Shown here: piece after piece, positions 18,619-28,563 of the stretch
Numbering within the stretch: position 1 is the stretch's first letter
How the letters are laid out: every line of letters starts with the position of its first letter
DNA from: an uncultured virus (IMG/VR IMGVR_UViG_3300024306_000016)
Taxonomy: Duplodnaviria > Heunggongvirae > Uroviricota > Caudoviricetes
IMG/VR virus record: IMGVR_UViG_3300024306_000016
DNA length: 64,000 nt
Strand: one strand, 5' to 3'
Translations under genes and position numbers: made by a program
The notes under the pieces: generated by a model
Told to the model about the DNA's origin: nothing
Databases searched by the model: none
The model's input: only the letters and a program-made list of their open reading frames with translations

Positions 18619-19329
18619 TTATGTGGTAGTTCTTAATCTTGCTAGTCCTACTGACTCTAATATCTTTATATAGAGCCAACCTATATCAAACTCCCACCAC
18701 TTCTGAGAGAGGCGGGCACTCGCTGGTTCCAAGTGGTGGTTGTTGTGCAACTCTTCTCCACCAATAACAATGCCCCAAGGCACAATATTACGACTATAAT
18801 CACGTGTCGTTCCATTTCTATACCCCCACCAATGTGCTAGGCCGTTTATTACTCCTGCGGCCCAAAATGGAATCCATATCATTTGTATACCCCATACCAA
18901 CAATCCCCACCATCCAAAGATCAAGGTGTTGAGCACAAGGAGAATGCCAATGCCAAGTCTACTGTGAGGCTGGTATAAGTGAAGCTCCAACCAATCAGCA
19001 GGAGTACCAACACCGTATGTATCGACCATATCTTTATCTTTCGATGCTTCATGATACAATAATGCTCCTTGACTAAACACACGCCATATTCCATATACGT
19101 GGGGGCTGTGTGGATCACCATCTTCATCGCTGAATCTGTGATGCTTACGATGTATAGCTACCCATTGTTTTGTTACCATACCGGTTGTTAGCCATAACCA
19201 GAATCGCATAAAATGCTCAACGGCTGGATGAAAAGTTACTGCTCTATGTGCTTGTGCTCTGTGCAAAAACAAAGTAACACACATAATGGTTATGTGTGTC
19301 ATTATTAAAGTGTATATCAATTCTATCAT
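18619..19329 (-). CDS. desA: acyl-CoA/acyl-lipid delta-9 fatty acid desaturase
   Basis: His boxes HRAQAH, HRKHH, HNNHH; DPHSP; WWEFDIGW. Confidence 0.92.
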   Translation of the reverse strand: MIELIYTLIMTHITIMCVTLFLHRAQAHRAVTFHPAVEHFMRFWLWLTTGMVTKQWVAIHRKHHRFSDEDGDPHSPHVYGIWRVFSQGALLYHEASKDKDMVDTYGVGTPADWLELHLYQPHSRLGIGILLVLNTLIFGWWGLLVWGIQMIWIPFWAAGVINGLAHWWGYRNGTTRDYSRNIVPWGIVIGGEELHNNHHLEPASARLSQKWWEFDIGWLYIKILESVGLARLRTTT

Positions 19330-19910
19330 AGTGATCGTTTTATCCTGTTTATAATCAAATCAACTACTCTGTCACTGATAACCACTTCGTAATGATTTAA
19401 CTCCATCTCGACTATTTCAAAGTCTTTGCGTGATCGCATACTATTTAACGTGACCACTCCGTCGTTGGGTTCACTTATCCACGGGCTCTGTCCAGCAGTT
19501 GTTACTACCTGTGTCCAGTTAGGAGGCGCAGGCAAATGACGAGCTTCCATCATCGGTTCGCTCATAGTACCAACATCCTTCATCAACCTGTTAAATGGTA
19601 AGAAGTATTTGGCAAAATCTGCTTGTTCGCTGCCAGCATAAGGAGTGCTTAAACTGACACCTCCTTTGGTAGTTTCTTTATAATGATGGGCCAAATATAA
19701 ACTATAGATACCGCCTAGACTATGACTGATAAAGAACAGTCTGTCGGCATCATCAAGCTGGCCTTTCATCTTTTCGAGATTGTTGAAGAACCCATCATGG
19801 CTCTTATACTCGAGCATTATGTCGGGTTCTTCAAATGTATCTCTAACATACTGCCTAATGTGCGTAAAGCTCTCAGCTGTCGCACTCGCTCCGTGGATAT
19901 AAACTATCAT
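19326..19910 (-). CDS. alpha/beta hydrolase (lipase/esterase-like)
   Basis: YIHG, SHSLGG nucleophile elbow, STPYAG, NDGVV, NH. Confidence 0.85.
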   Translation of the reverse strand: MIVYIHGASATAESFTHIRQYVRDTFEEPDIMLEYKSHDGFFNNLEKMKGQLDDADRLFFISHSLGGIYSLYLAHHYKETTKGGVSLSTPYAGSEQADFAKYFLPFNRLMKDVGTMSEPMMEARHLPAPPNWTQVVTTAGQSPWISEPNDGVVTLNSMRSRKDFEIVEMELNHYEVVISDRVVDLIINRIKRSL

Positions 19911-21118
19911 TAGTGAAACTGATCTGCCTCTGTTGAAGATTTATTAGCTACTGTGCTTGTAGCTCCTACTGCTTCGCTGATCAAATCAAAGTAGCTTACG
20001 CCAACTTCGCGTTGATGTTTGACAGTAGTAAAGCCGCGTTCCTGTGCGGCAAACTCACGTTCCTGCATTTCTGAATAACCAGCCATACCACGTTGCTTGT
20101 AGGCTTCTGCAAGTTCAAATGTTGCTAGGTTAACACTATGGAATCCTGCAAGTGTGATGAACTGGAACTTGTATCCTAGTTCGCCTAGTTCACGTTGGAA
20201 AGTTTCGCATTCATCTACAGATAAAAACTTACGCCAGTTAAAACTAGGAGAGCAGTTATAAGCCAACATTTGGTCTGGAAACTCAGCATGTATAGCATCG
20301 GCGAATTTCTTAGCCTGTGCAATATCAGGTGTACTAGTTTCGAACCATAAGAGATCAGCGTAAGGGGCATAAGCAAGACCTCTCCTAATACATGCATCAA
20401 GCCCATTTTTAAACTTGTAAAAACCTTCTTCAGTGCGTTCATCGATAATAAAATCCTTGTCCAATGGATCGTGATTGCTAGTGATAAGTGTTGCCGATTC
20501 TGCATCTGTACGTGCTAGAATAACTGTGTCAACTCCTGCCACATCTGCGGCTAACCTTGCAGCCTGTAAGTTACGAATAGCTTGGCTAGTTGGGATTAGA
20601 ACCTTGCCGCCTAAGTGCCCACATTTCTTTTCGCTAGATAGTTGATCTTCAAAATGTACTGCGGCTGCGCCTGCTTCGATCATCGCTGACATTAGTTCGT
20701 ATGCGTTTAGTGCTCCGCCGAATCCCGCTTCAGCATCTGCTACGATTGGTAGAAAGTAATCTGTTTCTACTTTACCTTCTGAATATTCAATCTGATCAGC
20801 ACGACGGAATGCATTGTTAATCTGTTTAACAATCGTTGGTACTGAATTTACTGGGTATAGACTTTGGTCTGGGTATACTTGATTAGCTGTATTAGCAGCA
20901 GCAGCCACTTGCCAACCTGATAGATAAATCGCTTTTAGTCCTGCTTTGGCATGTTGAACAGCCTGTTGGCCGCTGTATGCTCCTAGCGTTGCGACATAGG
21001 GTTCTGTCGCTAATAGCTCACGTAGTTTTGTGGCACCACGTTTAGCTAGTGTATGCTCTATTTGCACAGAGCCTTGTAGTTTACGGACTGTGTCTTGTGT
21101 GTAGTTACGCTTCTTCAT
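19910..21118 (-). CDS. aceA: isocitrate lyase
   Basis: [38 protein letters not shown]. Confidence 0.97.
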   Translation of the reverse strand: MKKRNYTQDTVRKLQGSVQIEHTLAKRGATKLRELLATEPYVATLGAYSGQQAVQHAKAGLKAIYLSGWQVAAAANTANQVYPDQSLYPVNSVPTIVKQINNAFRRADQIEYSEGKVETDYFLPIVADAEAGFGGALNAYELMSAMIEAGAAAVHFEDQLSSEKKCGHLGGKVLIPTSQAIRNLQAARLAADVAGVDTVILARTDAESATLITSNHDPLDKDFIIDERTEEGFYKFKNGLDACIRRGLAYAPYADLLWFETSTPDIAQAKKFADAIHAEFPDQMLAYNCSPSFNWRKFLSVDECETFQRELGELGYKFQFITLAGFHSVNLATFELAEAYKQRGMAGYSEMQEREFAAQERGFTTVKHQREVGVSYFDLISEAVGATSTVANKSSTEADQFH

Positions 21119-21159
21119 TCATATCTCCTTAAAAGCCTAGTATTTATGGCTCTGCACAA

Positions 21160-21266
21160 GAGAATGATGCTCACTTTAGGAACGGTCCTCGGGCACGACT
21201 CCTACTCCGTTCCAGCCCAGCAGCCGGGCCACCCTGTAACGCATAACGTCCTAAGGTAGGGTGTTC
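21160..21266 (-). ncRNA. candidate structured RNA (multi-stem, possible pseudoknot), family unassigned
   Basis: GC-rich intergenic segment; stems CACCCT/AGGGTG, GCCC/GGGC, GGAACGG/CCGTTCC; loop UGCU can pair with 3' AGCA. Confidence 0.55.
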
Positions 21267-22379
21267 TTACTCTTCTCGTTGTAGTTCAAACGTGAAGTCG
21301 TCTAAGTTAATATTTGGATGTCTTGCTAGAAGTTTTTGTTGTGCATCATCTCTGCTTTCTGCAGGGATACGTGCTGTACGTCCTGTTTGAGTATGTGTGA
21401 CTAACCAGGTACCTTCACCATCGTTAGAGTCGCCTTCTTCTTTGTCGGCTTTAGGAGCTTCGCTGGCGTATGATAATGGGAATCTGCGTTTAATATCAGC
21501 AACACTCTGTGCAATATCATACCCACCTGATACTATACCTGTGCTGTTAGATTTGATTTCTTCGCCTTTCTGTTCAATAGCTGCAACGATGCGTTTCATC
21601 AACCCAGGAAATAGTTCAGAGAATCTTTCATCACTGCGCACAGTCTGGTTACCGTTGTTCAACTGGTTAGTTGGGGCATGCATCTGCCACTTACCGTTGA
21701 CATCGTCTGCGTTTTGTTTGTCAAAGATACTAACGATAGGGCCGTCATCGGCGTAACGATTAAACCATTGAAGTCCCGAGCTAGATCCTGTACAGAAACT
21801 TGCTTGGTATCCGTGTTCGTTGTTGAATGTATAACATGAACCATAGTTCATAGGAACAGTTACTAGGAAACGATCATCGTCGATCAGTGTGATTTCTTTC
21901 TTTTCGCGCTTGTGTTTTTCAATGACTTCTGCGTCTTTGATTCTACGTAGTTCGTTTTGATAATCGCGATCACGAACGATGTTCTGTATCTGTCTTAGGC
22001 TTTTGAATCTGTTAAAATCTTGATCTTTTTCTTTTAGTCTACCGCGTATACTTAGAGCTTTCCATGCACCTAGTGCATCTCCACCTTCACCGTTGACGTC
22101 TTCATAATCTAGTTGTCCGTTTACATATAAACGAGTTAACCATTCATCAAACTTGCCGTCGGCAGAAACATCGCCGTAGTCTGTGGCTCTTAGGCTCTGG
22201 TCTAATAGATCGCTCCATAGCTTTACGATCTGTTCGTCTGTAGGCTTAGGTCCTAGCTTGCCTATTAGATGTTTTGGAATAGTGTGATCGTGTCGCATAG
22301 CGATACCGATCATCTTGATCATCTTGGGATCTTTGATCTTGGCAGCAACATTGGCTTCGAATATTTGTTTTAGTTTCAT
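21267..22379 (-). CDS. putative internal virion protein
   Basis: MKLKQIFE N-terminus; late-gene cluster. Confidence 0.6.
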   Translation of the reverse strand: MKLKQIFEANVAAKIKDPKMIKMIGIAMRHDHTIPKHLIGKLGPKPTDEQIVKLWSDLLDQSLRATDYGDVSADGKFDEWLTRLYVNGQLDYEDVNGEGGDALGAWKALSIRGRLKEKDQDFNRFKSLRQIQNIVRDRDYQNELRRIKDAEVIEKHKREKKEITLIDDDRFLVTVPMNYGSCYTFNNEHGYQASFCTGSSSGLQWFNRYADDGPIVSIFDKQNADDVNGKWQMHAPTNQLNNGNQTVRSDERFSELFPGLMKRIVAAIEQKGEEIKSNSTGIVSGGYDIAQSVADIKRRFPLSYASEAPKADKEEGDSNDGEGTWLVTHTQTGRTARIPAESRDDAQQKLLARHPNINLDDFTFELQREE

Positions 22380-23254
22380 CCTGAAATCAAACTCCTCTTA
22401 AAGAATGCCAATATCGTTCCTATCTTGCTAGTATCACCAGATGAAATATCTTTTAATAGTTTCTGTGGTCCTTCTGGAAACTGTGAACTGTAACTACCAC
22501 TGCCGTATCTGCTGCGTGTGATTTCGCCAGTTTCATCTGGATAGTAATGTGATGCGGCCATTAGTACTGCTGAGTTTATGGCAGTGTTTAAGAATCCAGG
22601 AGTATCTCCTCCGACTTCTAGAGCATCGATTCCATTCTGTAATCGTTGTATGTGTTCTAGTTTATGTTTGGCTTTTTCAAAAGCATCATTCTTGATTTGA
22701 TTGGCTACGTGTCCTTTGACATCGGCTATGGCGGCGTTCATTGCTTTAACCCATAGTGGTCGAAACTTTGTCAAAAGTTTTTCTTGATTCATTTCTGTAG
22801 GCGAGCTTGTGCCACGTAGCTCTTGACGTTTGCGTTGTACGTCTTTGACTTTGCCTTGCTCTTTACCTGTAAAGAACTTATAACTCTTAGGATTACCGAT
22901 CTGTCCTTTTAGGAAATCTAATATGTTTCCGCCACGATCATCTGTTTTTGTTGCTGGTTCGCCGCCTGCACTAGCTACTGCTGTATATGAACGACCATCA
23001 TACTTGATAGCACCCGTGCCTGTGGCTCCTTTGATCAATACCCATGTGCCTTTGTAGTTAGATTTAAGATCATTCCAAAGGATCTTAGGTATTGGTTGAT
23101 ATTGTTGGTCGTGTGATAGACCCATCTTGGTGTGAAGATACTGCACAGTCTGTTGTGCGCCTGGATGCCCTTTGACCATGTCTAATGTGCTACTAGCTTC
23201 TACTAGAGTAGATTCACATAGTCGAGCAAATAGTTGACAGCTTTCTAATCTCAT
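22376..23254 (-). CDS. putative internal virion protein
   Basis: Start moved to ATG 23254, 4 nt after TAAATA. Confidence 0.6.
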   Translation of the reverse strand: MRLESCQLFARLCESTLVEASSTLDMVKGHPGAQQTVQYLHTKMGLSHDQQYQPIPKILWNDLKSNYKGTWVLIKGATGTGAIKYDGRSYTAVASAGGEPATKTDDRGGNILDFLKGQIGNPKSYKFFTGKEQGKVKDVQRKRQELRGTSSPTEMNQEKLLTKFRPLWVKAMNAAIADVKGHVANQIKNDAFEKAKHKLEHIQRLQNGIDALEVGGDTPGFLNTAINSAVLMAASHYYPDETGEITRSRYGSGSYSSQFPEGPQKLLKDISSGDTSKIGTILAFFKRSLISG

Positions 23255-23261
23255 CTTGTAT

Positions 23262-24074
23262 TTATCGGTTAGGTAGTCTAGGACGATCATGTCCTAGAGC
23301 TCTGGGGTTTTCTACTGGGTGTACACTATCCTGTTCAGGCCAGCTATAGATATAATCACCAAACTCATCTCGTACTAATAGCCAGCGTATTCCGCCTGCA
23401 GAGTACTGATGTATCTGTGCTTGATATCCTGGGATAGTTGTATCAAAATCTATATCGCCTGTACCTACATCTTCGCCATTTTCGCGAGCCCAGTTTCCTA
23501 CAGCATTTACTTCTTGTCTAGTATTAGGTCCTTGTCCGTTAAGATTACCAATCATCCAAATATCATTTGTTTCTGTGCGAGTAAACGATCTAAACAGATG
23601 TCTGCCTAGTGTACGGATAGCACGTTGCATATTGCCTGGAAGATTAGCCACTTGATGGAACTCGGGATTTTGTATACCTGCTGCTGCTAGATTGGTTCCA
23701 GCGACTGCAGGCAAGTTACGAGTGTTAACATCAACCGCTGGTAAGTTTTGTTGATCAGGTTCAGGATATCCTGGATCATCTGGATCTGCATCTATGTCTC
23801 GCATACGACCAAGCAGGTCTCGCATACGTTGATTAGGTTCTATGTTTCTTGTAGCTCTATGTGTATCAGACTGACTGGCTCTGCGCTGTTGCGGAGCATC
23901 ACCTCGGGGTTCATCACGGGGTTCATCTCTACGCTCTGGTTCAGGAGCCGAAGGTAGATTATCTGCTTTGGGAGAGAAGAGATCGTCAAAACCGGACCAA
24001 TCAATATCCTTATCTTTGAGATCTTGTTTTTTCTTTTTGTCCGCTTCGAGCAGATAATCACGAAAGGTTTTCAT
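23262..24074 (-). CDS. putative internal virion protein
   Basis: MKTFRDYLLE closely resembles the T4 IP capsid-targeting sequence; RDEP and NLPAV repeats. Confidence 0.65.
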   Translation of the reverse strand: MKTFRDYLLEADKKKKQDLKDKDIDWSGFDDLFSPKADNLPSAPEPERRDEPRDEPRGDAPQQRRASQSDTHRATRNIEPNQRMRDLLGRMRDIDADPDDPGYPEPDQQNLPAVDVNTRNLPAVAGTNLAAAGIQNPEFHQVANLPGNMQRAIRTLGRHLFRSFTRTETNDIWMIGNLNGQGPNTRQEVNAVGNWARENGEDVGTGDIDFDTTIPGYQAQIHQYSAGGIRWLLVRDEFGDYIYSWPEQDSVHPVENPRALGHDRPRLPNR

Positions 24075-24901
24075 TAATCGGCTTTCCCGCACTTGGCACG
24101 TTTAGCATTTGTTAATGCTCCAAAATCTACTGGCCATTCTTGACCTGGTTGTAGCTCTTTAGCATTGGCAGGATATTTAAATGTTATTCCTGCTTGTTTT
24201 TGTATATCAGCTACGGGCATACGGAACTTGGTCAAGTCATTGCCTAGATTGCCATAAGGTTTATTGTGTGGGAATGCCCAGCCTGCTATGGCACCTGTTT
24301 GTTGATCGATAACGATCTTATAATATCCATGCGGAACGATGACTCCATTTCCGATAAATGGATCACCAGCGCCATAGAATGCCCCCACGTATATGGTAAA
24401 AGGACGATTCTGCTGTACCGCCCACCCACGGACTGATGTTTCCAGTAGTTTCCAAATTCCACGATTTAAACTTCCGTGCTGTGGATACATATTGGTCATC
24501 AAAAAACTCTCATACTCCACGATCTGTGACCAACTTAAGTCACCATCGGGAGCGGCATGTCCTTTGTCGTAGCCTGTGCCTGCGTAGTCATTAGGAGTTG
24601 GTCCTCCTGGAACTGACTGGTCCGCAACGAATGCGTTCGTACGTGGAAAGCATCCTAAGGCATTTTGTGGAAGTAGTGTGTAGGCCACGTAAGCAGGTAT
24701 CTTTACAGGAGCATCATATGCTACTAGATATGCTTCTCTGCAGATAGGCTGTGCCGGTCTGCTTGATTGTGCCCATCCCCATGGGCTATGTACTTTGCAG
24801 GCATCTACTGGAAGTGGTGCTCGTTGATCCCATGCATGAGACACTGAACAGGTACCTAGACCTGCCATGGTTAAAATAAAAATACCTAAGAGTTTATTCA
24901 T
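24074..24901 (-). CDS. secreted DNA/RNA non-specific endonuclease (NucA/EndoG family)
   Basis: Signal peptide ending SHA; YDKGH, SFLMTNMYPQ, LNRGIWKLLE, VPHGYYK. Confidence 0.9.
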   Translation of the reverse strand: MNKLLGIFILTMAGLGTCSVSHAWDQRAPLPVDACKVHSPWGWAQSSRPAQPICREAYLVAYDAPVKIPAYVAYTLLPQNALGCFPRTNAFVADQSVPGGPTPNDYAGTGYDKGHAAPDGDLSWSQIVEYESFLMTNMYPQHGSLNRGIWKLLETSVRGWAVQQNRPFTIYVGAFYGAGDPFIGNGVIVPHGYYKIVIDQQTGAIAGWAFPHNKPYGNLGNDLTKFRMPVADIQKQAGITFKYPANAKELQPGQEWPVDFGALTNAKRAKCGKAD

Positions 24902-24914
24902 TTATCATCCTTTA

Positions 24915-25550
24915 TCATTCCCAGATCACCATCTTAAATCGTTCTTTGGGAATGCCAAAAAAATCACACTTCCAATCACTCTGTGCGAAAAAATCTAAAT
25001 GATGCCATTTGTCTTTGTATTTAAGCAGATCGCGTCCTGCTTGCTCAAAATCTATGCTGTTAATCACGGGCTCGATTTTATCTTTAACTGCGCATATTTC
25101 TTCGTAGCTAAACCCATCGTACTCCCAATGGAGTATTTCAAAAGCATTTCCTTCACGATCAACATAGTCCATGCTAAAGTCTAAACCCCATTTAGGACGC
25201 ATGGCTATTATCTTGTATATCAACGGCAGAGTCTTGGCCCAAAATTTAAGCTGCTCCAAGGCAGCTCCTGTGTATCCTTTACGCTCAAACAATAGGCTGT
25301 GATTAAGGACAGCACCTTCCTTTTTTGTTTCCTGTGTGTACCAGTTTTGTTTTAGTGCTGTACGATGTTTACGATGCTGTTGTGTGATAGCGTCATTGGT
25401 GTTGGCAAAATGCTGTTCCAGGATAGTTAGGTCGTATCCGTTCTGATCAAATAGCGCAAGGTCTTCAGGCAAGGGTATGTATAACATCTTACCTATGGGT
25501 TTATCCCAGTAACCGTTGGGATCTAGTTGATTTTTTGTCAACTTGATCAT
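24915..25550 (-). CDS. conserved phage hypothetical protein
   Basis: FDQNGYDL, PKWGLDFSMDY; leader TAAGGAGCGAATC-ATG. Confidence 0.75.
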   Translation of the reverse strand: MIKLTKNQLDPNGYWDKPIGKMLYIPLPEDLALFDQNGYDLTILEQHFANTNDAITQQHRKHRTALKQNWYTQETKKEGAVLNHSLLFERKGYTGAALEQLKFWAKTLPLIYKIIAMRPKWGLDFSMDYVDREGNAFEILHWEYDGFSYEEICAVKDKIEPVINSIDFEQAGRDLLKYKDKWHHLDFFAQSDWKCDFFGIPKERFKMVIWE

Positions 25551-25560
25551 GATTCGCTCC

Positions 25561-25962
25561 TTACTTGACTATTGGCCCGCCAGTGATCCAAAGTTCGCAG
25601 CTACGTGACCCTGCGCATTTGAAATGTAGCAGATTACAGTAGCCCAAATCTGCTGCTTCACGAGTCTTTTCTGCTTCGTAGGCTTCTTTACCCATGCCAT
25701 CATGTATGCACTTGTACATAGCATTTGTAATGTTAAATGCCGCACAGTTACCGCAGGTCATAGTCTTAGCAGTCTTTTCATCTATGTCCCATTGCTTGGC
25801 TGCATCTTTCCAGTATCCGCCCGGTTCGTCTGGATTGGCAGGACCGTAGTGATGTTTGTCTATAGCAGTTTGTCTATTCTTAACATTAACTTCTAGGTCG
25901 TAGGTAGCGATAGGACAGCCCTTGTTGGCAGCTTCTACAATGTTGATATACTTACGATACAT
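25561..25962 (-). CDS. Cys-rich putative virion protein, HiPIP-like Cys spacing
   Basis: CGNC...GYC...C..W; MYRKYINIVE N-terminus. Confidence 0.55.
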   Translation of the reverse strand: MYRKYINIVEAANKGCPIATYDLEVNVKNRQTAIDKHHYGPANPDEPGGYWKDAAKQWDIDEKTAKTMTCGNCAAFNITNAMYKCIHDGMGKEAYEAEKTREAADLGYCNLLHFKCAGSRSCELWITGGPIVK

Positions 25963-27299
25963 TAGTAGATCTCCCGCCACTGTGTGCTGACTCGAACAGT
26001 GCCAGCAGTGTCACCTATATTTGTTACTGCTACTACGTATATTTCACTGTCTGTGCTGTCATAGTTTTGAACGATGTAGTTCTTTTTAGCTGAGCTCGGT
26101 AGATCACTGGGCGGAGCACCTGCTGACTTTTGACTACCTTGTGTGGTAGCTGCTAGATATCCACCATCGATCATCTCACCACCAGTAAATGCCGTAGCAC
26201 CTGCGTTGTATTCTACACCACTACCATCGTTAACTGGAACCCAACTGGTACCGGTAGTTAGTTGGCTTATCCCTGTAAGTTTGATCAACTTCCATTCCAT
26301 GTTTTCCTGTGTGCCAAACACATTGACACTACCCATACGCACGATCATACGATTAGCATAGGTATTGAATGCTGTCTTTAATCTAATAGCCAACACTGGC
26401 AATGTTGCGCCTGCGGCCAGTGCTCTTGACGCAGGACTGTTTACAGCCCAATCTTGTCCTGCTTCAACATAGCCTCCTTCTGATACCACAGTAGAACATA
26501 TCTGATCAAAGTATGCACCTGCTGTGGTACCTGTGTTTAAGATCTCACAGCGTACAGGCAAGTTTGGTGAGCTCATATATACTGTGGTCAAGTTGTTTGA
26601 GTGAAAGAATATATGGCAAGGTATGTAGGCACCTTCATGTACAAAACCTACTGTGACAGCCCCTACTCCTAACCATTGAAACTCAATAAAGATTAGTTGT
26701 GTTTTAGTAATATCTATGCTGAATAGACTGCCACCCTGGCCGTTGCACCGATCAATATTCCAGTTGGCCTGTGTTACACGATTTTCTACAGGAGTACCAG
26801 ATGTATAAGTTCTTATAACCCAACTGAGTGTTCCGTCGCCTGCTTGTTCAAAGAAGATACCGTTGTTGTCATCAAAGTATCCTGTGCGTTTGGTTACATT
26901 GGCTGTTGCGGAATAGAATACAAAACTTGAAAGTATCTGCTGGCTCTTACCTGGCATATAGTGATGATAGAACTTAGTCTGATGAACAACACGACTAGCG
27001 GAGTTGTTAGTAGTTGTCAATCTAGCGCAGGCTTTGTTTGATTGGAACGCCACTGAACCACCGTTGAATACTTTGTCGATAAAGTTAGGATCTAATCCGT
27101 ACAAGTGTTTGTAGTCACCTAGAGTAAAGGGACTACTCATACGTATGCGACCAAATGCGTCTGACTGTCCTACCTTGAGTGTAGTTCTTAGAACAGGCTG
27201 ACCTAGAGCATTATACTCCATGGCCTTATGCAGGTCATTTAGATTAGGTTCTCTAGGATGATTATACCCTGTGGTATTCTCTGGCTGGTCTTGAGACAT
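25962..27299 (-). CDS. virion structural protein (beta-rich)
   Basis: DAFGRIRMS, YMPGKSQ, WLGVG, PNLPVRCEI; Thr/Gly-rich. Confidence 0.65.
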   Translation of the reverse strand: MSQDQPENTTGYNHPREPNLNDLHKAMEYNALGQPVLRTTLKVGQSDAFGRIRMSSPFTLGDYKHLYGLDPNFIDKVFNGGSVAFQSNKACARLTTTNNSASRVVHQTKFYHHYMPGKSQQILSSFVFYSATANVTKRTGYFDDNNGIFFEQAGDGTLSWVIRTYTSGTPVENRVTQANWNIDRCNGQGGSLFSIDITKTQLIFIEFQWLGVGAVTVGFVHEGAYIPCHIFFHSNNLTTVYMSSPNLPVRCEILNTGTTAGAYFDQICSTVVSEGGYVEAGQDWAVNSPASRALAAGATLPVLAIRLKTAFNTYANRMIVRMGSVNVFGTQENMEWKLIKLTGISQLTTGTSWVPVNDGSGVEYNAGATAFTGGEMIDGGYLAATTQGSQKSAGAPPSDLPSSAKKNYIVQNYDSTDSEIYVVAVTNIGDTAGTVRVSTQWREIY

Positions 27300-27302
27300 C
27301 TA

Positions 27303-27995
27303 TCAGAATCCGTTTACGATTGTTTTGTAGAACACCAGTCCAGTGAAGGTTCCTGTTCTTTCCTGTGTAGAGTTAGACCAAGACACAAAACACGATCCAG
27401 TTACCTGATTGTTTCCGCATTGTATTCTTATTGGATAATAAGCACCTTCTGTTAACTGTATCGACCCAGATGCATCTTGATTACCATGTAGGCCACCGTT
27501 GTTAACTAGAGCATTAGCAGTAGTGAAACCAGATACTGCTGTATCGCCGATCCATAGATAACTGGCGTCATCGCTATTTGTATAAAATGTATAGGTATCA
27601 GTCTTTGGCGGTACGAAGAATCCTCTCCATTCTACACTAGTAGAAACTGGAATATTTGAATCTGCGATAGATATGGCACTTGGATAACCAAATACACTCG
27701 GTGAGTTCATTATAAAAAAATTAGGATCGTCATTAAAGTATCCTGCATACTTGTCATGCCACAAACCGTCGTAGTATAACTTTCCTGATCCTGTAATCCA
27801 AGGACGACCTTGTACAAGTCCTCCTGGATTTTCATTATTCAAAATGTCATTGTTGACATATCTTGTAGGTAACTGAGAAATATCATATTCAGATCTAAGA
27901 TTGCCATCTGCTGCTCGATCTGATGCTGCTAGATCAAGTTTGGCCTTTTGGCGTAGTTCTTTTGTTGATAGGGTTGAAATACCATTTGCTGACAT
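27303..27995 (-). CDS. PA14/GLEYA carbohydrate-binding virion protein
   Basis: WRGFFVP...YTFYTNSDDASYLWIG...NNGGLHG...YYPIRI. Confidence 0.8.
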   Translation of the reverse strand: MSANGISTLSTKELRQKAKLDLAASDRAADGNLRSEYDISQLPTRYVNNDILNNENPGGLVQGRPWITGSGKLYYDGLWHDKYAGYFNDDPNFFIMNSPSVFGYPSAISIADSNIPVSTSVEWRGFFVPPKTDTYTFYTNSDDASYLWIGDTAVSGFTTANALVNNGGLHGNQDASGSIQLTEGAYYPIRIQCGNNQVTGSCFVSWSNSTQERTGTFTGLVFYKTIVNGF

Positions 27996-28312
27996 CAGTT
28001 TCTCTCCCCGGGATATATTCTAAAACTGTTGCCACGGAGATCAGCTGCCTGTTTAGGACCATTGACTCCTCCGCCTGCGTTTGTTGTCACCGCATCTATT
28101 GAAGCATACTGTTCATTAGGTTCGTTGGCAAATGTAGGATCTACTTCTGGTTCTTGAACAAGATCGATGATCTGTTTGAAATGGTTGATGTCTGCAGGCT
28201 GACCTGCGATAGCTACATCCGCAGAAATGGCTTGTGGTTTTTCAACTTCCACGCCTGCATCAATGTTGTCTATAAGATCTAATAGATCTCTGATTATTTC
28301 TGTTGCTCTCAT
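27995..28312 (-). CDS. putative virion protein
   Basis: [23 protein letters not shown]. Confidence 0.6.
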   Translation of the reverse strand: MRATEIIRDLLDLIDNIDAGVEVEKPQAISADVAIAGQPADINHFKQIIDLVQEPEVDPTFANEPNEQYASIDAVTTNAGGGVNGPKQAADLRGNSFRIYPGERN

Positions 28313-28533
28313 AGTCCACTCAACTTTTTAATATCACTAACTTCATCAGCTTGATCGATGCTGTTCATGAACTTTAAGATCGCAGGATAATCTTCCATAG
28401 TCACTGGACTGTGCTGCGATAGCTTGATAACGATTTCAGCAACATCGTGTATGTCGCGGTCGTCTTTGATATCTTCGCGAGCCAGTTCTAACAAGCGAAT
28501 AAATAAAGGTACATCGATTTTAATAATATCCAT
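28309..28533 (-). CDS. putative virion protein
   Basis: [16 protein letters not shown]-terminal IKKLSGL; ATG 7 nt after TAAATA. Confidence 0.6.
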   Translation of the reverse strand: MDIIKIDVPLFIRLLELAREDIKDDRDIHDVAEIVIKLSQHSPVTMEDYPAILKFMNSIDQADEVSDIKKLSGL

Positions 28534-28563
28534 AGTACAATATTTAGCGTAGAAAGGTGCAGG

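Noticed and set aside
21160..21266. Assignment to a known riboswitch or ribozyme (twister, hammerhead, SAH, ZTP)
   Set aside because: Core consensus nucleotides could not be matched by eye; left unassigned
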